This document shows positions 44,765-54,371 of a stretch of DNA of 64,000 nucleotides, in pieces. This DNA comes from Clostridia bacterium. GTDB lineage: Bacteria > Bacillota > Clostridia > Christensenellales > UBA1242. Where the stretch lies: NCBI GenBank assembly GCA_017501645.1, contig JAFVWN010000060.1, positions 91,063 to 155,062 on the forward strand. Reading direction: 5' to 3'. The notes under the pieces are model-generated. The model ran no database searches, had not been told where the DNA came from, and worked only from the letters and a program-made list of their open reading frames with translations. A program made the position numbers and the translations under genes. Every line of letters begins with the position of its first letter. The first letter of the stretch is position 1.

Positions 44765-44944
44765 ACAAAATAACAAGTTTTTCAACGAAAAAACCAATTT
44801 TAATTAAATATATAAGCTATTACTTATATATGTTACACAAAAAGACAATCTTTATAAGCAAAACTAATTTATTTGGTTTAATTTTTCCTTTTTATAATAA
44901 AAAAATAAAATCACCATATAATAACTATAAGGAGAATTTTTTTT

Positions 44945-45997
44945 ATGAAAATTTTATTAACTGGCGGAGGTACAGCTGGTCATGTTATGCCCCACCTTGC
45001 ACTTTTAAATGATTTTAGAAAACACTTTAATGAGATTATTTACATAGGTCAAGAAAACGGAATTGAAAAAGACATAATTCACGAACAAAAAGATATAAAA
45101 TATTATCCAATAGAGGCAACCAAATTTGTAAGACGCAAGATACTTAAAAACCTACTAATTCCATTCAGGTTGCTAAAGAGCATACACTCTGCAAAAAAGG
45201 TAATAAAACAAGAAAGGCCTGATATTATTTTTTCAAAAGGAGGATTTGTTTCATTACCAGTCGTTATTGCTGGAAAGAAATTAAAAATACCTATTGTGGC
45301 TCACGAAAGTGATTTGGAAATGGGTCTTGCAAATAAACTTTCAAAACCCTCTGCAACAGTAATTTGTACAACATTTGAAAAGACAGCATCATCTGTAAAA
45401 AACAAAGGAAAATACACCGGCTCACCTATGAGAGATGACCTTTTCAAGGATAAAAAAACAAGCCGAGAAAAGCTTGGTATTCATACAAATAAGCCAGTTC
45501 TTTTAGTCACTGGTGGAAGCCAAGGCTCAAAATCTATAAATAATAAAATCCGTGAAGAACTAAAAGAAATTACTGACAGATTTTATGTTATTCATTTGAC
45601 AGGTAAAAATAATATTGATAATAAAATAAATATGAAAGATTATAAACAAATTGATTTTACTCTTGATATGGGTACAGTCTTATCTTCTGCAGACATTGTT
45701 GTTTCAAGAGCCGGTTCAAATACCATTTTTGAACTTGCAGTATTAAGAAAACCAATGCTATTAATCCCTCTTCCAAAGGGAACATCAAGAGGAGACCAAG
45801 TTGACAACGCTAAATACTTCAATAGTCTAGGTTATGCAAATTTTGTTACTGAAGACCAACTTGAAGACACTCCACTACTTCCGTATATAATAGAAACATA
45901 TAAAGAGTCTCCATTACTCGTTAAAACTCTTGAAAAATCTAACATTCAACCGGGAAATAAAGTTTTGGTTGAAACAATTTTAGAGTTAGTAAAATAA
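44945..45997 (+). CDS. murG: UDP-N-acetylglucosamine--N-acetylmuramyl-(pentapeptide) pyrophosphoryl-undecaprenol GlcNAc transferase
   Basis: The N-terminus is MKILLTGGGTAGHVMP. The C-terminal motifs GGSQGS and RAGSNTIFELA are present. An AAGGAGA RBS precedes the start. Confidence 0.9.
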   Translation: MKILLTGGGTAGHVMPHLALLNDFRKHFNEIIYIGQENGIEKDIIHEQKDIKYYPIEATKFVRRKILKNLLIPFRLLKSIHSAKKVIKQERPDIIFSKGGFVSLPVVIAGKKLKIPIVAHESDLEMGLANKLSKPSATVICTTFEKTASSVKNKGKYTGSPMRDDLFKDKKTSREKLGIHTNKPVLLVTGGSQGSKSINNKIREELKEITDRFYVIHLTGKNNIDNKINMKDYKQIDFTLDMGTVLSSADIVVSRAGSNTIFELAVLRKPMLLIPLPKGTSRGDQVDNAKYFNSLGYANFVTEDQLEDTPLLPYIIETYKESPLLVKTLEKSNIQPGNKVLVETILELVK

Positions 45998-46010
45998 ATA
46001 AGAACAAAAA

Positions 46011-46040
46011 AAGATGACGGTTTATTCTTCGTCATCTTTT
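46011..46040 (+). terminator. Hairpin + U-run after murG (overlaps 3' end of convergent gene)
   Basis: AAGATGACG-(10 nt)-CGTCATCTT followed by TT. Confidence 0.45.
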
Positions 46041-46375
46041 ATATGTGTCATTCCTGTAACATAAGAAACAGGAAGAGCAAAAACCATACCTCTTGCACTA
46101 GATTTATAGTCAGTTACTGAATAAATTGCCTTCATAATTGGAACAACAAGTTCTTCTTTTACAAGCATCATAACAACTTCATTTTCAGGATCAATTCTAA
46201 ACCCAAAGAATTTTCTTTCACTAGAGCCTGCACCTTTACCCTGAAGAATTACAGCTCCTTTAGCCCCTGCAGATTTTCCTGCAAAAACAACCTCATCAGC
46301 GTAGCCTCGCTGAACAATAGTAACAACAAGTTTATATAAGTCATCATCAAAAATATCTTCGTCAAAAATTTCCAT
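46022..46375 (-). CDS. P-II-like small regulatory protein, 117 aa
   Basis: Its beta-alpha-beta pattern and G-rich loop (VILQGKGAGSSERK) resemble the P-II family. It is paired with a second copy downstream of a DUF1538-type membrane gene. Confidence 0.45.
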   Translation of the reverse strand: MEIFDEDIFDDDLYKLVVTIVQRGYADEVVFAGKSAGAKGAVILQGKGAGSSERKFFGFRIDPENEVVMMLVKEELVVPIMKAIYSVTDYKSSARGMVFALPVSYVTGMTHIKDDEE

Positions 46376-46383
46376 ACAGCCTC

Positions 46384-46770
46384 CTATTCAATAAATAGTG
46401 CTTTAGCACCAAGGTATCCATCTATATCAATAGTAAAACCTTTGCCATTTCCAGGTAAAGAAAGTTCAAATTTTTCACTTATAAATTGCATAAAATCCTT
46501 AACATCTTCAACTCTCGCCACCGCAAAAAACACAGCCATTTCGTGAGCACCCATATTGAGAGCTTCAAAAGCTGAACTACGAGAGACACCTTTCGCCTTA
46601 ACCTCACTTAAAATTTTTCCACCAAGCTGATTTATGGTTTCTCTAAGTTTAAGTGAGTTTTCTTTTTTTATGATAAATACCGCAAGTGTAAGTTCATTGA
46701 TTTCACTAAGTTTTGGTTTTCTCCTAGGAGGAGTTTTTTTAAGTTCGTGTCTAACTTGTAATTTCGCCAT
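46384..46770 (-). CDS. P-II-like small regulatory protein, about 128 aa
   Basis: A GGAGG RBS lies 6 nt before ATG 46770. It overlaps the end of the upstream membrane gene. It has a P-II-like loop (EVKAKGVSRS). Confidence 0.4.
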   Translation of the reverse strand: MAKLQVRHELKKTPPRRKPKLSEINELTLAVFIIKKENSLKLRETINQLGGKILSEVKAKGVSRSSAFEALNMGAHEMAVFFAVARVEDVKDFMQFISEKFELSLPGNGKGFTIDIDGYLGAKALFIE

Positions 46771-48385
46771 CATTTTCCTCCTTTATTGCTTTAATCACTT
46801 CTAGTTGCTGAGCAATCATAATCTCTTCTGCAATATTTTTTTCTCTTTCTTCTTCCATTTCTTTAAGTGCTTTTCTACGATTGTAAGCCTCTTCAAGAGA
46901 ATCAATATTTGAATACATATCCATACCATATGCAATTCTAAGATTTTTCTTATATTCTTTAGCTGAAATATCATATAACTTGATTTTATAAACAACACCG
47001 ATTATTTCAATTACTAATATAGGCATCATACCAACAATAGCAATAAGTCCAAAGCCTTCAACCGCCCCGCCCTTAGATGAAGCAAAACCAAGCATAAGCG
47101 GTAAAATAAACGCCGCACTCATTGGTCCAGAGGCAACACCCCCTGAGTCAAAAGCTATTGAAACAAATGTTGTGTTTGAAAATGGCATCAATAAAAGAAT
47201 TAGTCCATAGCCAACACCCAAAATATACCAAATTGAAATATCAAAAATTATTTTTACTGTTGAAAGAGATACTGCCAGCATCATTGCAACAGCAATCGCA
47301 ATTGTTACAAAACCTTTCCTAATATTTCCATTTGTAATTTCTTCAACTTGACTACCAAGAACTCTAACAGATGGTTCAGTAAATGTAATTAAAAAGCCAA
47401 TAATCACAGATAAAATAATAGAAAAAGTCGGGCTTCTTGTGGTTAAGAACTTACCTACAGCAGACCCCATTTCAAGCATTCCATAATCTATTCCAAACAA
47501 GAATAAATATAACCCAAAGAATGTTACAATAATACCAAATATTAAATTTTTCTTTTTCTTTTTTGAAATCTTTAAGAACAAAGCATCAAAAATAAAGAAA
47601 ACTGCAACTAAAGGAATTAAACCAACTGCCGTATCAACTAAAACACTAATAAAAATATTAAGAGACTCAGCTGTTTCAACAACATTTGCTCCATTTCCTG
47701 CCGTTAAAAGAGATAAGAATAATATTGCAAGAATTGGACCACTTGAAGCAATACCAATAACACCAAAATTATCACTATGCGAAGATGAACTTTTTTTACT
47801 TGCAATACCAGAAGCTAGAGCTAATAAAAAAGGTGATGTTATAATTCCTGTTGTAGCTCCGCCAGCATCAAAGGCTATTGCCATTAAGTTTTCAGGAACA
47901 AATACTGCAAGAATAAAAGCAACAAGAAATATTACAAACATAACAATTTTATAGTTAATGTTCTTTAATATTCTAAAAAGTGAAAAAGCTATAAGTGCCC
48001 CTACACTTGCACCAACAACAAACACAAACAAAAATTTAGGTATGTTGATTAACTGTGAGTTTTGTACTTGAGTAGCAAGAACATTAAGGTCTGGTTCTGC
48101 AATTGTTGCACAAAGTCCAAATATAAAAGCAAAGAATAACACTACGGCAAGCTTAGAAAATTTATTAACTGAGTTACCAACAAAATCCCCCATTGGCATT
48201 ATTGAACCATCAACACCAGACAAAAAAAGCACTTCGCCAATAACAATTATAACAATTGAAAGAACGAATTTCCACATAAGAGACGAGTCAAAATCCGCAA
48301 AACCAAAATGCAGAACAAGAACTACCAAAAGAATTGGTAGCAAAGAAAGTCCAACATCTTTAATTTTAAGAAAGAAATACTTCAC
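46751..48385 (-). CDS. Polytopic membrane protein, internally duplicated (DUF1538-like)
   Basis: It has at least 12 hydrophobic segments in two similar halves (..AFDAGGATTGIITSPF.. / ..AFDSGGVASGPMSAAF..), and its genetic link to two P-II-like genes is as recalled for DUF1538. Confidence 0.5.
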   Translation of the reverse strand: MKYFFLKIKDVGLSLLPILLVVLVLHFGFADFDSSLMWKFVLSIVIIVIGEVLFLSGVDGSIMPMGDFVGNSVNKFSKLAVVLFFAFIFGLCATIAEPDLNVLATQVQNSQLINIPKFLFVFVVGASVGALIAFSLFRILKNINYKIVMFVIFLVAFILAVFVPENLMAIAFDAGGATTGIITSPFLLALASGIASKKSSSSHSDNFGVIGIASSGPILAILFLSLLTAGNGANVVETAESLNIFISVLVDTAVGLIPLVAVFFIFDALFLKISKKKKKNLIFGIIVTFFGLYLFLFGIDYGMLEMGSAVGKFLTTRSPTFSIILSVIIGFLITFTEPSVRVLGSQVEEITNGNIRKGFVTIAIAVAMMLAVSLSTVKIIFDISIWYILGVGYGLILLLMPFSNTTFVSIAFDSGGVASGPMSAAFILPLMLGFASSKGGAVEGFGLIAIVGMMPILVIEIIGVVYKIKLYDISAKEYKKNLRIAYGMDMYSNIDSLEEAYNRRKALKEMEEEREKNIAEEIMIAQQLEVIKAIKEENDGEITS

Positions 48386-48470
48386 GAAAGTCCGTCCTTA
48401 TATAATGAAATATAAAGAGCGGTCTTATCTTTATTATTAAAACCGCCCTTTAGGTAAAAGCTAAATTAAA

Positions 48471-49391
48471 TTACTTTTTTGATTTTTTCCAGTTGACAGC
48501 AGAGATAACATCCGCATCAAAACGCTTCTTGCTCTTTCCTCTAGGCTTTCTAGTTGTTGTCCTTTTAGTTGTAGGCTTTGGTGTAGCTTTAACAACAGTT
48601 TTCGGCTGAGGCTTAACCTCAACCTTAGGTTCACTTTTGGGTTCTTTCTTTTCCTCAACCTTAGGCTCTTCTTTAGGAATAGGTTTTGGAGAGAGAACTT
48701 TTTTAGGCTTATCAAAATCAACAACTTCAACTTTGATTCTAGTTTCAACAGCTTTTTTCTTTTCCTCATCAATGATTTTCTTTTCTTCCTCTTTTTTCCT
48801 GTTTTCATAATTTTCAACAGTATCAGGAGCAATTGATGTAAGCATATCACGAAGAGACATCTTGCCAAATTCTTTTCTAGCATTATCTTTGATGTAAGAA
48901 GAAGCATTCATATCCTTTTGTTCTTTACTAGAATTAGGATAGATTTCTCTAGCTAGATCAAGAGTACTTACTGGCTCTGCAGATGGTTCTAACTCTGGGT
49001 CAGGTTTTTTAAATTCTCCACCAGGTAATTTTTTCTTTGGTTCATCAAATTCTTCTTCCAAATAAACATCATCATAGTCTGGAGCTCTCTTAAATTCAAG
49101 AGGAGGCCTTTTATCAATATATTTAGGTTGTTTACTTTCAACCTTGTCAACCTTTCTCCAATCTTTGAAGTGTTTAAGATCAATAGCAGATGTCTCTGGT
49201 TTAGAAAGTGGAGACTTTATTTTATAAGTCCCAACAACCTCTTCCTCTTTCACCTCACTCTTATAAACTCTTTGAATAGAAGTATCCCTAGTTTGTTTTT
49301 CACGAGAAGTCGAAGTAGTCTCTTGCTCTACTTCTTTTAACGCTTGTTCAAAAGTTTTTCTTTTTAATCTGTCTTTGAAGAAATCCAACAT
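48471..49391 (-). CDS. K/E/P-rich low-complexity protein, about 306 aa, unknown function
   Basis: The ORF has a GGTGA RBS before ATG 49391 and is open to GTG 49400. No motif was recognised. Confidence 0.5.
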   Translation of the reverse strand: MLDFFKDRLKRKTFEQALKEVEQETTSTSREKQTRDTSIQRVYKSEVKEEEVVGTYKIKSPLSKPETSAIDLKHFKDWRKVDKVESKQPKYIDKRPPLEFKRAPDYDDVYLEEEFDEPKKKLPGGEFKKPDPELEPSAEPVSTLDLAREIYPNSSKEQKDMNASSYIKDNARKEFGKMSLRDMLTSIAPDTVENYENRKKEEEKKIIDEEKKKAVETRIKVEVVDFDKPKKVLSPKPIPKEEPKVEEKKEPKSEPKVEVKPQPKTVVKATPKPTTKRTTTRKPRGKSKKRFDADVISAVNWKKSKK

Positions 49392-49556
49392 ACAAATCAC
49401 CCGTTTGATAATTTTTATAAATCTATTATAAACTATATTTTGTATATTTCAAAACATTTTGAGGTGTTTTTTTCAAAATAACTAAAATTTTTTTTATAAC
49501 ATACCATAAAGAATATTATTTAAAATAAATTTATCAAACAAATGTTTGACATTTGC

Positions 49557-49585
49557 TTGATTTGTTATTCTTTATTGTATATAAT
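49557..49585 (+). promoter_or_regulatory. Promoter of WYL regulator gene: TTGATT-17-TATAAT, next to overlapping palindromes
   Basis: The -10 TATAAT is at 49580-49585. An upstream TTGACA lies at 49546-49551. The inverted repeats CAAACA/TGTTTG and CAAATG/CATTTG lie at 49535-49555. Confidence 0.45.
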
Positions 49586-49608
49586 ATAGATTATCAAGGA
49601 GAATAGCT

Positions 49609-50565
49609 ATGAAAAAATATGTATCACTAGGAATAATGATGACTTTATATTCGGGGAAAAGATATACAGCCCCAATGCTTGCTGAAAAATATGAAACCTC
49701 TGTAAAGACTATTTATAGAGCAATTGATACCCTATTAGAAGCTGGTATGCCAATCAGGTGTATATCAGGTAAAGGTGGCGGTTACGAGATTATAAAAGAA
49801 AGTAAAATTGACACATCATTTTTCACATTAAGCGAACTCGGCTCTTTCATCTCTTTTGTAAATTCGACCAAGGGAACAATATTTGCTGACGATTTGACAA
49901 CTTTAGAAGAAAGAATTAATTCTCTTCCAGAAAGCAAACTTAAGTATGATTTATTACTTGAAACAAACTCGGTTGTTTATGATACGGAAAATTGGGGTTC
50001 TACTTGTAATAATGGACTCATTAATAAGCATATCAAAGAATCAATACTTGAATGTAGAAAACTGGAAATCGAATACCTTTCCGCTTCTTCCAGCTCAGCA
50101 AAAAGAATTATTCATCCATATACAATAGTTTTTAAGTCAGGGGTTTGGTATTTATACGCATATTGCGAAACAAGAAAAGCATTTCGCCTCTTTAAATTTA
50201 CAAGAATAAAAACAATCAACAAACTTAACTGTTCTTTTGAAAGAATTGAAATTGACACTCATTCAAAACCATGGAATAAAGATTTTCATAATAACTTAGA
50301 AAAAATCAAAATTAAGATTTTGGCGCATAAGGAAATTATGCCTGAAATTGTTGATTGGCTTGGAACAAACAACATCAAAATTCACACTCAAAATTATAGA
50401 CAAAACAGCGACAATATATGCCTTGAAAGTGAAGTGATTTTTTCTAAAGGATTAATTCATAAACTTATGCAATTTGGCGATAATATAACAATTTTGTCTC
50501 CACAAAAATTAAAAAATGAAATAGCTAATGAATGTTACAATATTTATAAAACATATACAAATTAA
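49609..50565 (+). CDS. YafY-family transcriptional regulator (wHTH + WYL domain)
   Basis: The N-terminal HTH is ..APMLAEKYETSVKTIYRAIDTLLEAGMPI... The WYL core is IHPYTIVFKSGVWYLYAYCETRKAFRLFKFTRI. Confidence 0.8.
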   Translation: MKKYVSLGIMMTLYSGKRYTAPMLAEKYETSVKTIYRAIDTLLEAGMPIRCISGKGGGYEIIKESKIDTSFFTLSELGSFISFVNSTKGTIFADDLTTLEERINSLPESKLKYDLLLETNSVVYDTENWGSTCNNGLINKHIKESILECRKLEIEYLSASSSSAKRIIHPYTIVFKSGVWYLYAYCETRKAFRLFKFTRIKTINKLNCSFERIEIDTHSKPWNKDFHNNLEKIKIKILAHKEIMPEIVDWLGTNNIKIHTQNYRQNSDNICLESEVIFSKGLIHKLMQFGDNITILSPQKLKNEIANECYNIYKTYTN

Positions 50566-50570
50566 CACAC

Positions 50571-50616
50571 AAAAAAACGCATTTTAACATAAAATCATTG
50601 TTAAAATGCGTTTTTT
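50571..50616. terminator. Bidirectional rho-independent terminator (11-bp stem)
   Basis: A7-CGCATTTTAAC-(11 nt)-GTTAAAATGCG-T6, between the convergent WYL and ddl genes. Confidence 0.65.
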
Positions 50617-50639
50617 AATTGTGTTTTTGGTGTTTTTTA

Positions 50640-51800
50640 CTAAATAATGTTTGTTATATATTCATTTTTAACAATTGTCAAATTTTGCTTATGAAATATT
50701 GCTTCTTCAATCAAACAGTCAATATATTCGCCCATTGTTTTAAAAATTGAAGGAACAAAAAAGTAATATGCTAAAGACCCAGGAACACTATTAACTTCAT
50801 TTAAAAAAACATTATTATTTTTGTCTAAAATGAAGTCAAATCTAACCACTCCACAAAGCCCTAAATTTTCATAAATTTTATATGCATATTTTTGGATTTT
50901 TTTCTTGATTTTTGATGGAATTTTTTCCCACTTTTTTTGTTCACTTACAAAACTGCCACCCTTTCCCATATGATTTTTTTTGAACGCAAATTTATCACAA
51001 GAAGTAGAATCTTCTCCAATATATTTATCCTTAAAAGAAAAAATTTCATCTGTCTTTTTCACTACATCTATCGGAGAAAAAATAACCTTTCCATTTTTCT
51101 TCATAAGAGCGATATTATACTCTTTCATATCTTCTAAAATCGCCTTTTCAACCAATATATTATTATCAAATTCTAATGCAACTTTTACACTTTCTATAAA
51201 TTCTGTTTCATTATGAGCCACTTTAATTCCAATACTGCTACCAAGTTTGCTCGGCTTTAATATCACTGGATAAGCTAATTCTTCAGCCATCGCAAGAACA
51301 GATTTTTTATCTTTTATAAATTCATCTTTTGTAAAACTAAAATAGTCAACAAAAGGAACATTTTGACTCTTAAAAAAATATTTACTTAAAATTTTATCCA
51401 TACAAATTCCAAGAGCAGTAGAACTTCCTGAAGTTACACTTAAATCATTTGCCTCTAATAAAGCATTTAAACTTCCATCCTCACCGAAGCCCCCGTGACA
51501 ACAATTTAAAACACAATCAATTTTAAGTTTTGTTACAGAAAATAACGATTTATAACATAATTGATCTTTTTCAAGACTTACTTTTTTGAATCCATTTTTC
51601 TTATATTCAGCATCAAAATTTTTAAATAAAGTAATAGACAAGTCATTTTTTGGATAAAAAAACCACTCTTGATTTTTGCTAATATAAACAGGTAGTAAAT
51701 TATACTTTCCCCTGTACTTTTTTAGCACAATAAGAGCGGTTATGATTGATATATCATGTTCAAAAGACTTTCCACCAAAACATAAAACAACATTTTTCAT
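50640..51800 (-). CDS. ddl: D-alanine--D-alanine ligase
   Basis: Motifs present: VVLCFGGKSFEHDISI, ATP-grasp YPVILKPSKLGSSIG, and EVNSVPGSLAYYF. ATG 51800 is preferred over TTG 51812. Confidence 0.85.
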   Translation of the reverse strand: MKNVVLCFGGKSFEHDISIITALIVLKKYRGKYNLLPVYISKNQEWFFYPKNDLSITLFKNFDAEYKKNGFKKVSLEKDQLCYKSLFSVTKLKIDCVLNCCHGGFGEDGSLNALLEANDLSVTSGSSTALGICMDKILSKYFFKSQNVPFVDYFSFTKDEFIKDKKSVLAMAEELAYPVILKPSKLGSSIGIKVAHNETEFIESVKVALEFDNNILVEKAILEDMKEYNIALMKKNGKVIFSPIDVVKKTDEIFSFKDKYIGEDSTSCDKFAFKKNHMGKGGSFVSEQKKWEKIPSKIKKKIQKYAYKIYENLGLCGVVRFDFILDKNNNVFLNEVNSVPGSLAYYFFVPSIFKTMGEYIDCLIEEAIFHKQNLTIVKNEYITNII

Positions 51801-51864
51801 ATAAACCACCAAATATAATGTTGGAAGGTGCTAATGTGTTTTTTTGTTTTAGCAATATTAAATT

Positions 51865-53538
51865 CTAGTTGTAGTTATCAGGCAAATCATTTTCAAACAA
51901 GACAACATCTCCAGGCTCAGTAATATCATAAAGTTGAGTTACTGCTTGCTTAAGACTGCCAGCACGAAGAATTTTTTCTTCAGGCATTCCACCCTCTTTC
52001 AATCCTTCTTCTAAAGCCTCGAAGTTTGTTGTTCCATTAATAATAATGTAATCAGCTTTTTCAGCAATCAATAAGCCAAGTTGTTTGTTTGATGAGTACT
52101 GCTCTTTACCCAGTTCAACAAGTCCTGGGGTAATAACTATTTTTTTAGTATTATAAGACGCCAAAACTTCCAATGCTGCTGTAGCACCTTCCACACTACC
52201 ATTATATGCATCATCTATAATAGTTAGTGCACTAGAAGATGGAACTAATGCAAGTCTATGTGCAGACGGAACAAGTTTTTGTATTCCTTTTTCAATTTCC
52301 TCAACTGTAAGTCCTAACATTAAGCAAACATTTGCACATAAAATAATATTTGAAATATTATGGAAACCAAGTAATCTTGCTGAAGTTTTTATTTCTTTTT
52401 TTCCACAAACTAGTGTAAAGTTAACCCCAGCCCTGTCATATTCAAAATCTTTTGCATAAATAATTTCATTCTCTTTAAAAGCTGAGCTCAAAACCTTTTC
52501 GCAAGTGTAAGAACTTGCCATATTTTTACACTCTTCATTATCTGCATTGAAAACCATTTTTCCATTGTTTTTGCTAACATAATCAGCAAGTTCAGCTTTT
52601 GTTTTTATAAGGTTTTCTTTAGTACCAAAAGATAACAAATGTTGATTCCCAATTCCAGTTATAATACCTATTTCAGGTTCAATCAAATCACATAATGTTG
52701 TAATGTCTCCAACAAATCTAGCACCCATTTCAGCAATAAAAATCTGGTCTTTATCAGTTAGGTTATTAAGAATGGTTTTTGATAATCCAAGAGGAGTGTT
52801 GTAACTCATAGGAGAACTACATACATTATATTTTTCACTAAGTAATGTTGTAAGAATATTTTTTACTGAAGTTTTACCATAACTGCCAGTAATACCAATT
52901 TTTATGAGGTTTTTATGATTTGACAAATGTTTTTTTGCTTTCTTCACAAAGGATTTGTTATGTAAAACCTCAAATGGGTATGTAATATAATATGCAAGGC
53001 AGACCAATAATGGGATAAACATAGGGGTTAATCCAATTGCTCCATATTGGAAATATGGGATATAAAGGAATGAAAAATTCAAAACAAAAATTGAAAGAAC
53101 AAACACTAAAATTGCGTAAACAACTACAAGCCTTGTCATTCTTGAAGTGTATTTAAGAGGTGTTTTTTGAGGGGCTGAATATTGATTAACAATATATACA
53201 ATACAGAAAATCAAATAAAAAACTAAGCCAAGATAGGTCATAATTTTATAAGCAAAAAAATCTTCAAGTAAAACATTAGTGATAAGAAGTGCTGCAGAAC
53301 TTAAAAATGAAAGCATTATTAATCTGCCCCACCAACTTCCTTTAGTTTCTTTAATCCAACCAAAATAGCCCTTCATTCTATATGAGGATAGTTGGACAAC
53401 TTGAAGGAATTTATATCCAGCAAAACACATAAGAATTGCATTAGTAACAGAAATAGCAAACACCAACCAAAATGTTATCCAGTTATCAAAACCAAGAGGT
53501 GCAGGAACTTCTTTAAAAGCATTAAGAAAAATATTCAT
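51865..53538 (-). CDS. murF: MurF-type Mur ligase (UDP-MurNAc-tripeptide--D-Ala-D-Ala ligase) with N-terminal polytopic membrane domain
   Basis: Motifs present: IGITGSYGKTSVKN, NTPLGLS and EMGAR. It is adjacent to ddl. The first ~195 aa form about 5 hydrophobic helices. An AGGAGA RBS lies 6 nt before ATG 53538. Confidence 0.75.
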   Translation of the reverse strand: MNIFLNAFKEVPAPLGFDNWITFWLVFAISVTNAILMCFAGYKFLQVVQLSSYRMKGYFGWIKETKGSWWGRLIMLSFLSSAALLITNVLLEDFFAYKIMTYLGLVFYLIFCIVYIVNQYSAPQKTPLKYTSRMTRLVVVYAILVFVLSIFVLNFSFLYIPYFQYGAIGLTPMFIPLLVCLAYYITYPFEVLHNKSFVKKAKKHLSNHKNLIKIGITGSYGKTSVKNILTTLLSEKYNVCSSPMSYNTPLGLSKTILNNLTDKDQIFIAEMGARFVGDITTLCDLIEPEIGIITGIGNQHLLSFGTKENLIKTKAELADYVSKNNGKMVFNADNEECKNMASSYTCEKVLSSAFKENEIIYAKDFEYDRAGVNFTLVCGKKEIKTSARLLGFHNISNIILCANVCLMLGLTVEEIEKGIQKLVPSAHRLALVPSSSALTIIDDAYNGSVEGATAALEVLASYNTKKIVITPGLVELGKEQYSSNKQLGLLIAEKADYIIINGTTNFEALEEGLKEGGMPEEKILRAGSLKQAVTQLYDITEPGDVVLFENDLPDNYN

Positions 53539-53623
53539 CACAAATCTCCTATATAATATATTATTTTATAGTATGATAATAATAAAATCAACCAAATAAC
53601 AAACTTTTAAAACAAAAAGTCTA

Positions 53624-54349
53624 TTAAACATTTAAAATAAACTCTTTAAGTACTTCAAAAAATGTTATTCTGTCTTCTAAATAAGAAAAATGACCGGCAT
53701 TTTTAACAATTATCAAAGCCGAATTTTTTGTCAATTTCTTTATTTTTTTTGCCATATACAAAGGGGTATCTTCATCTTTTTCGCCCCAAAATAAAAGCAT
53801 AGGACAATTGATTTTTTTATAGCATTTTTTCAAATCTTCATTAACAATATTAACAAAAGTTTGTTTCATAACATTACTTAATAATTTATAATCGCTAGAA
53901 CCATAGTTTTCAAGTTCTTTTTTATCAATTTTCCCTTGTTGAACTTTTCTTTTCAACCTCTTATATTTGTAAATTTTACAATAATATTTGATAGACCTTT
54001 TAGGCTTAATACCAGCACCATCAATTATCATAATTTTATTAACTAGCTTTGGATATAAATTTGCAAACTTAACAGCAACTCTTGCCCCGAAAGAGTGACA
54101 AACAAAAATCACTTTTTCATTTGTTAAATTAGAAATAAGTTCTTTTAGTTCATTTGCATAGTCTTCAACAGTATAAGGTTTTTCAGGTTCTTTACTTTCT
54201 CCAAAGCCTGAAAAAGAAACAAAAACCATATTGCAAATTAATGCAATATGATTTTTTACTAAGTAAAAGCTTTCCTTGCTACCACCCCAACCATGCAAAA
54301 AGAAAACAAATGGTTGATTAGGAGCGGAAACTATTGAATAATCTATCAT
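53624..54349 (-). CDS. Alpha/beta-fold hydrolase
   Basis: It has an HGWGG oxyanion region, the nucleophile elbow VCHSFGA, and a C-terminal NAGHF. Confidence 0.7.
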   Translation of the reverse strand: MIDYSIVSAPNQPFVFFLHGWGGSKESFYLVKNHIALICNMVFVSFSGFGESKEPEKPYTVEDYANELKELISNLTNEKVIFVCHSFGARVAVKFANLYPKLVNKIMIIDGAGIKPKRSIKYYCKIYKYKRLKRKVQQGKIDKKELENYGSSDYKLLSNVMKQTFVNIVNEDLKKCYKKINCPMLLFWGEKDEDTPLYMAKKIKKLTKNSALIIVKNAGHFSYLEDRITFFEVLKEFILNV

Positions 54350-54371
54350 AAAAAAGATAAAATGCTAAAAA

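Noticed and set aside
48461-48907. A 148-aa L/K-rich ORF overlapping the K/E/P-rich 309-aa gene in another frame.
   Set aside because: It is a frame-shifted reading of the same AAG/GAA-rich low-complexity DNA. The longer frame has an RBS and an ATG.
49609-50565. The WYL-domain regulator as a flag for a nearby defence system (CRISPR, BREX, CBASS and similar).
   Set aside because: The neighbours are a low-complexity protein, ddl and murF. No nuclease, cyclase, methylase or Cas-like gene lies within reach.
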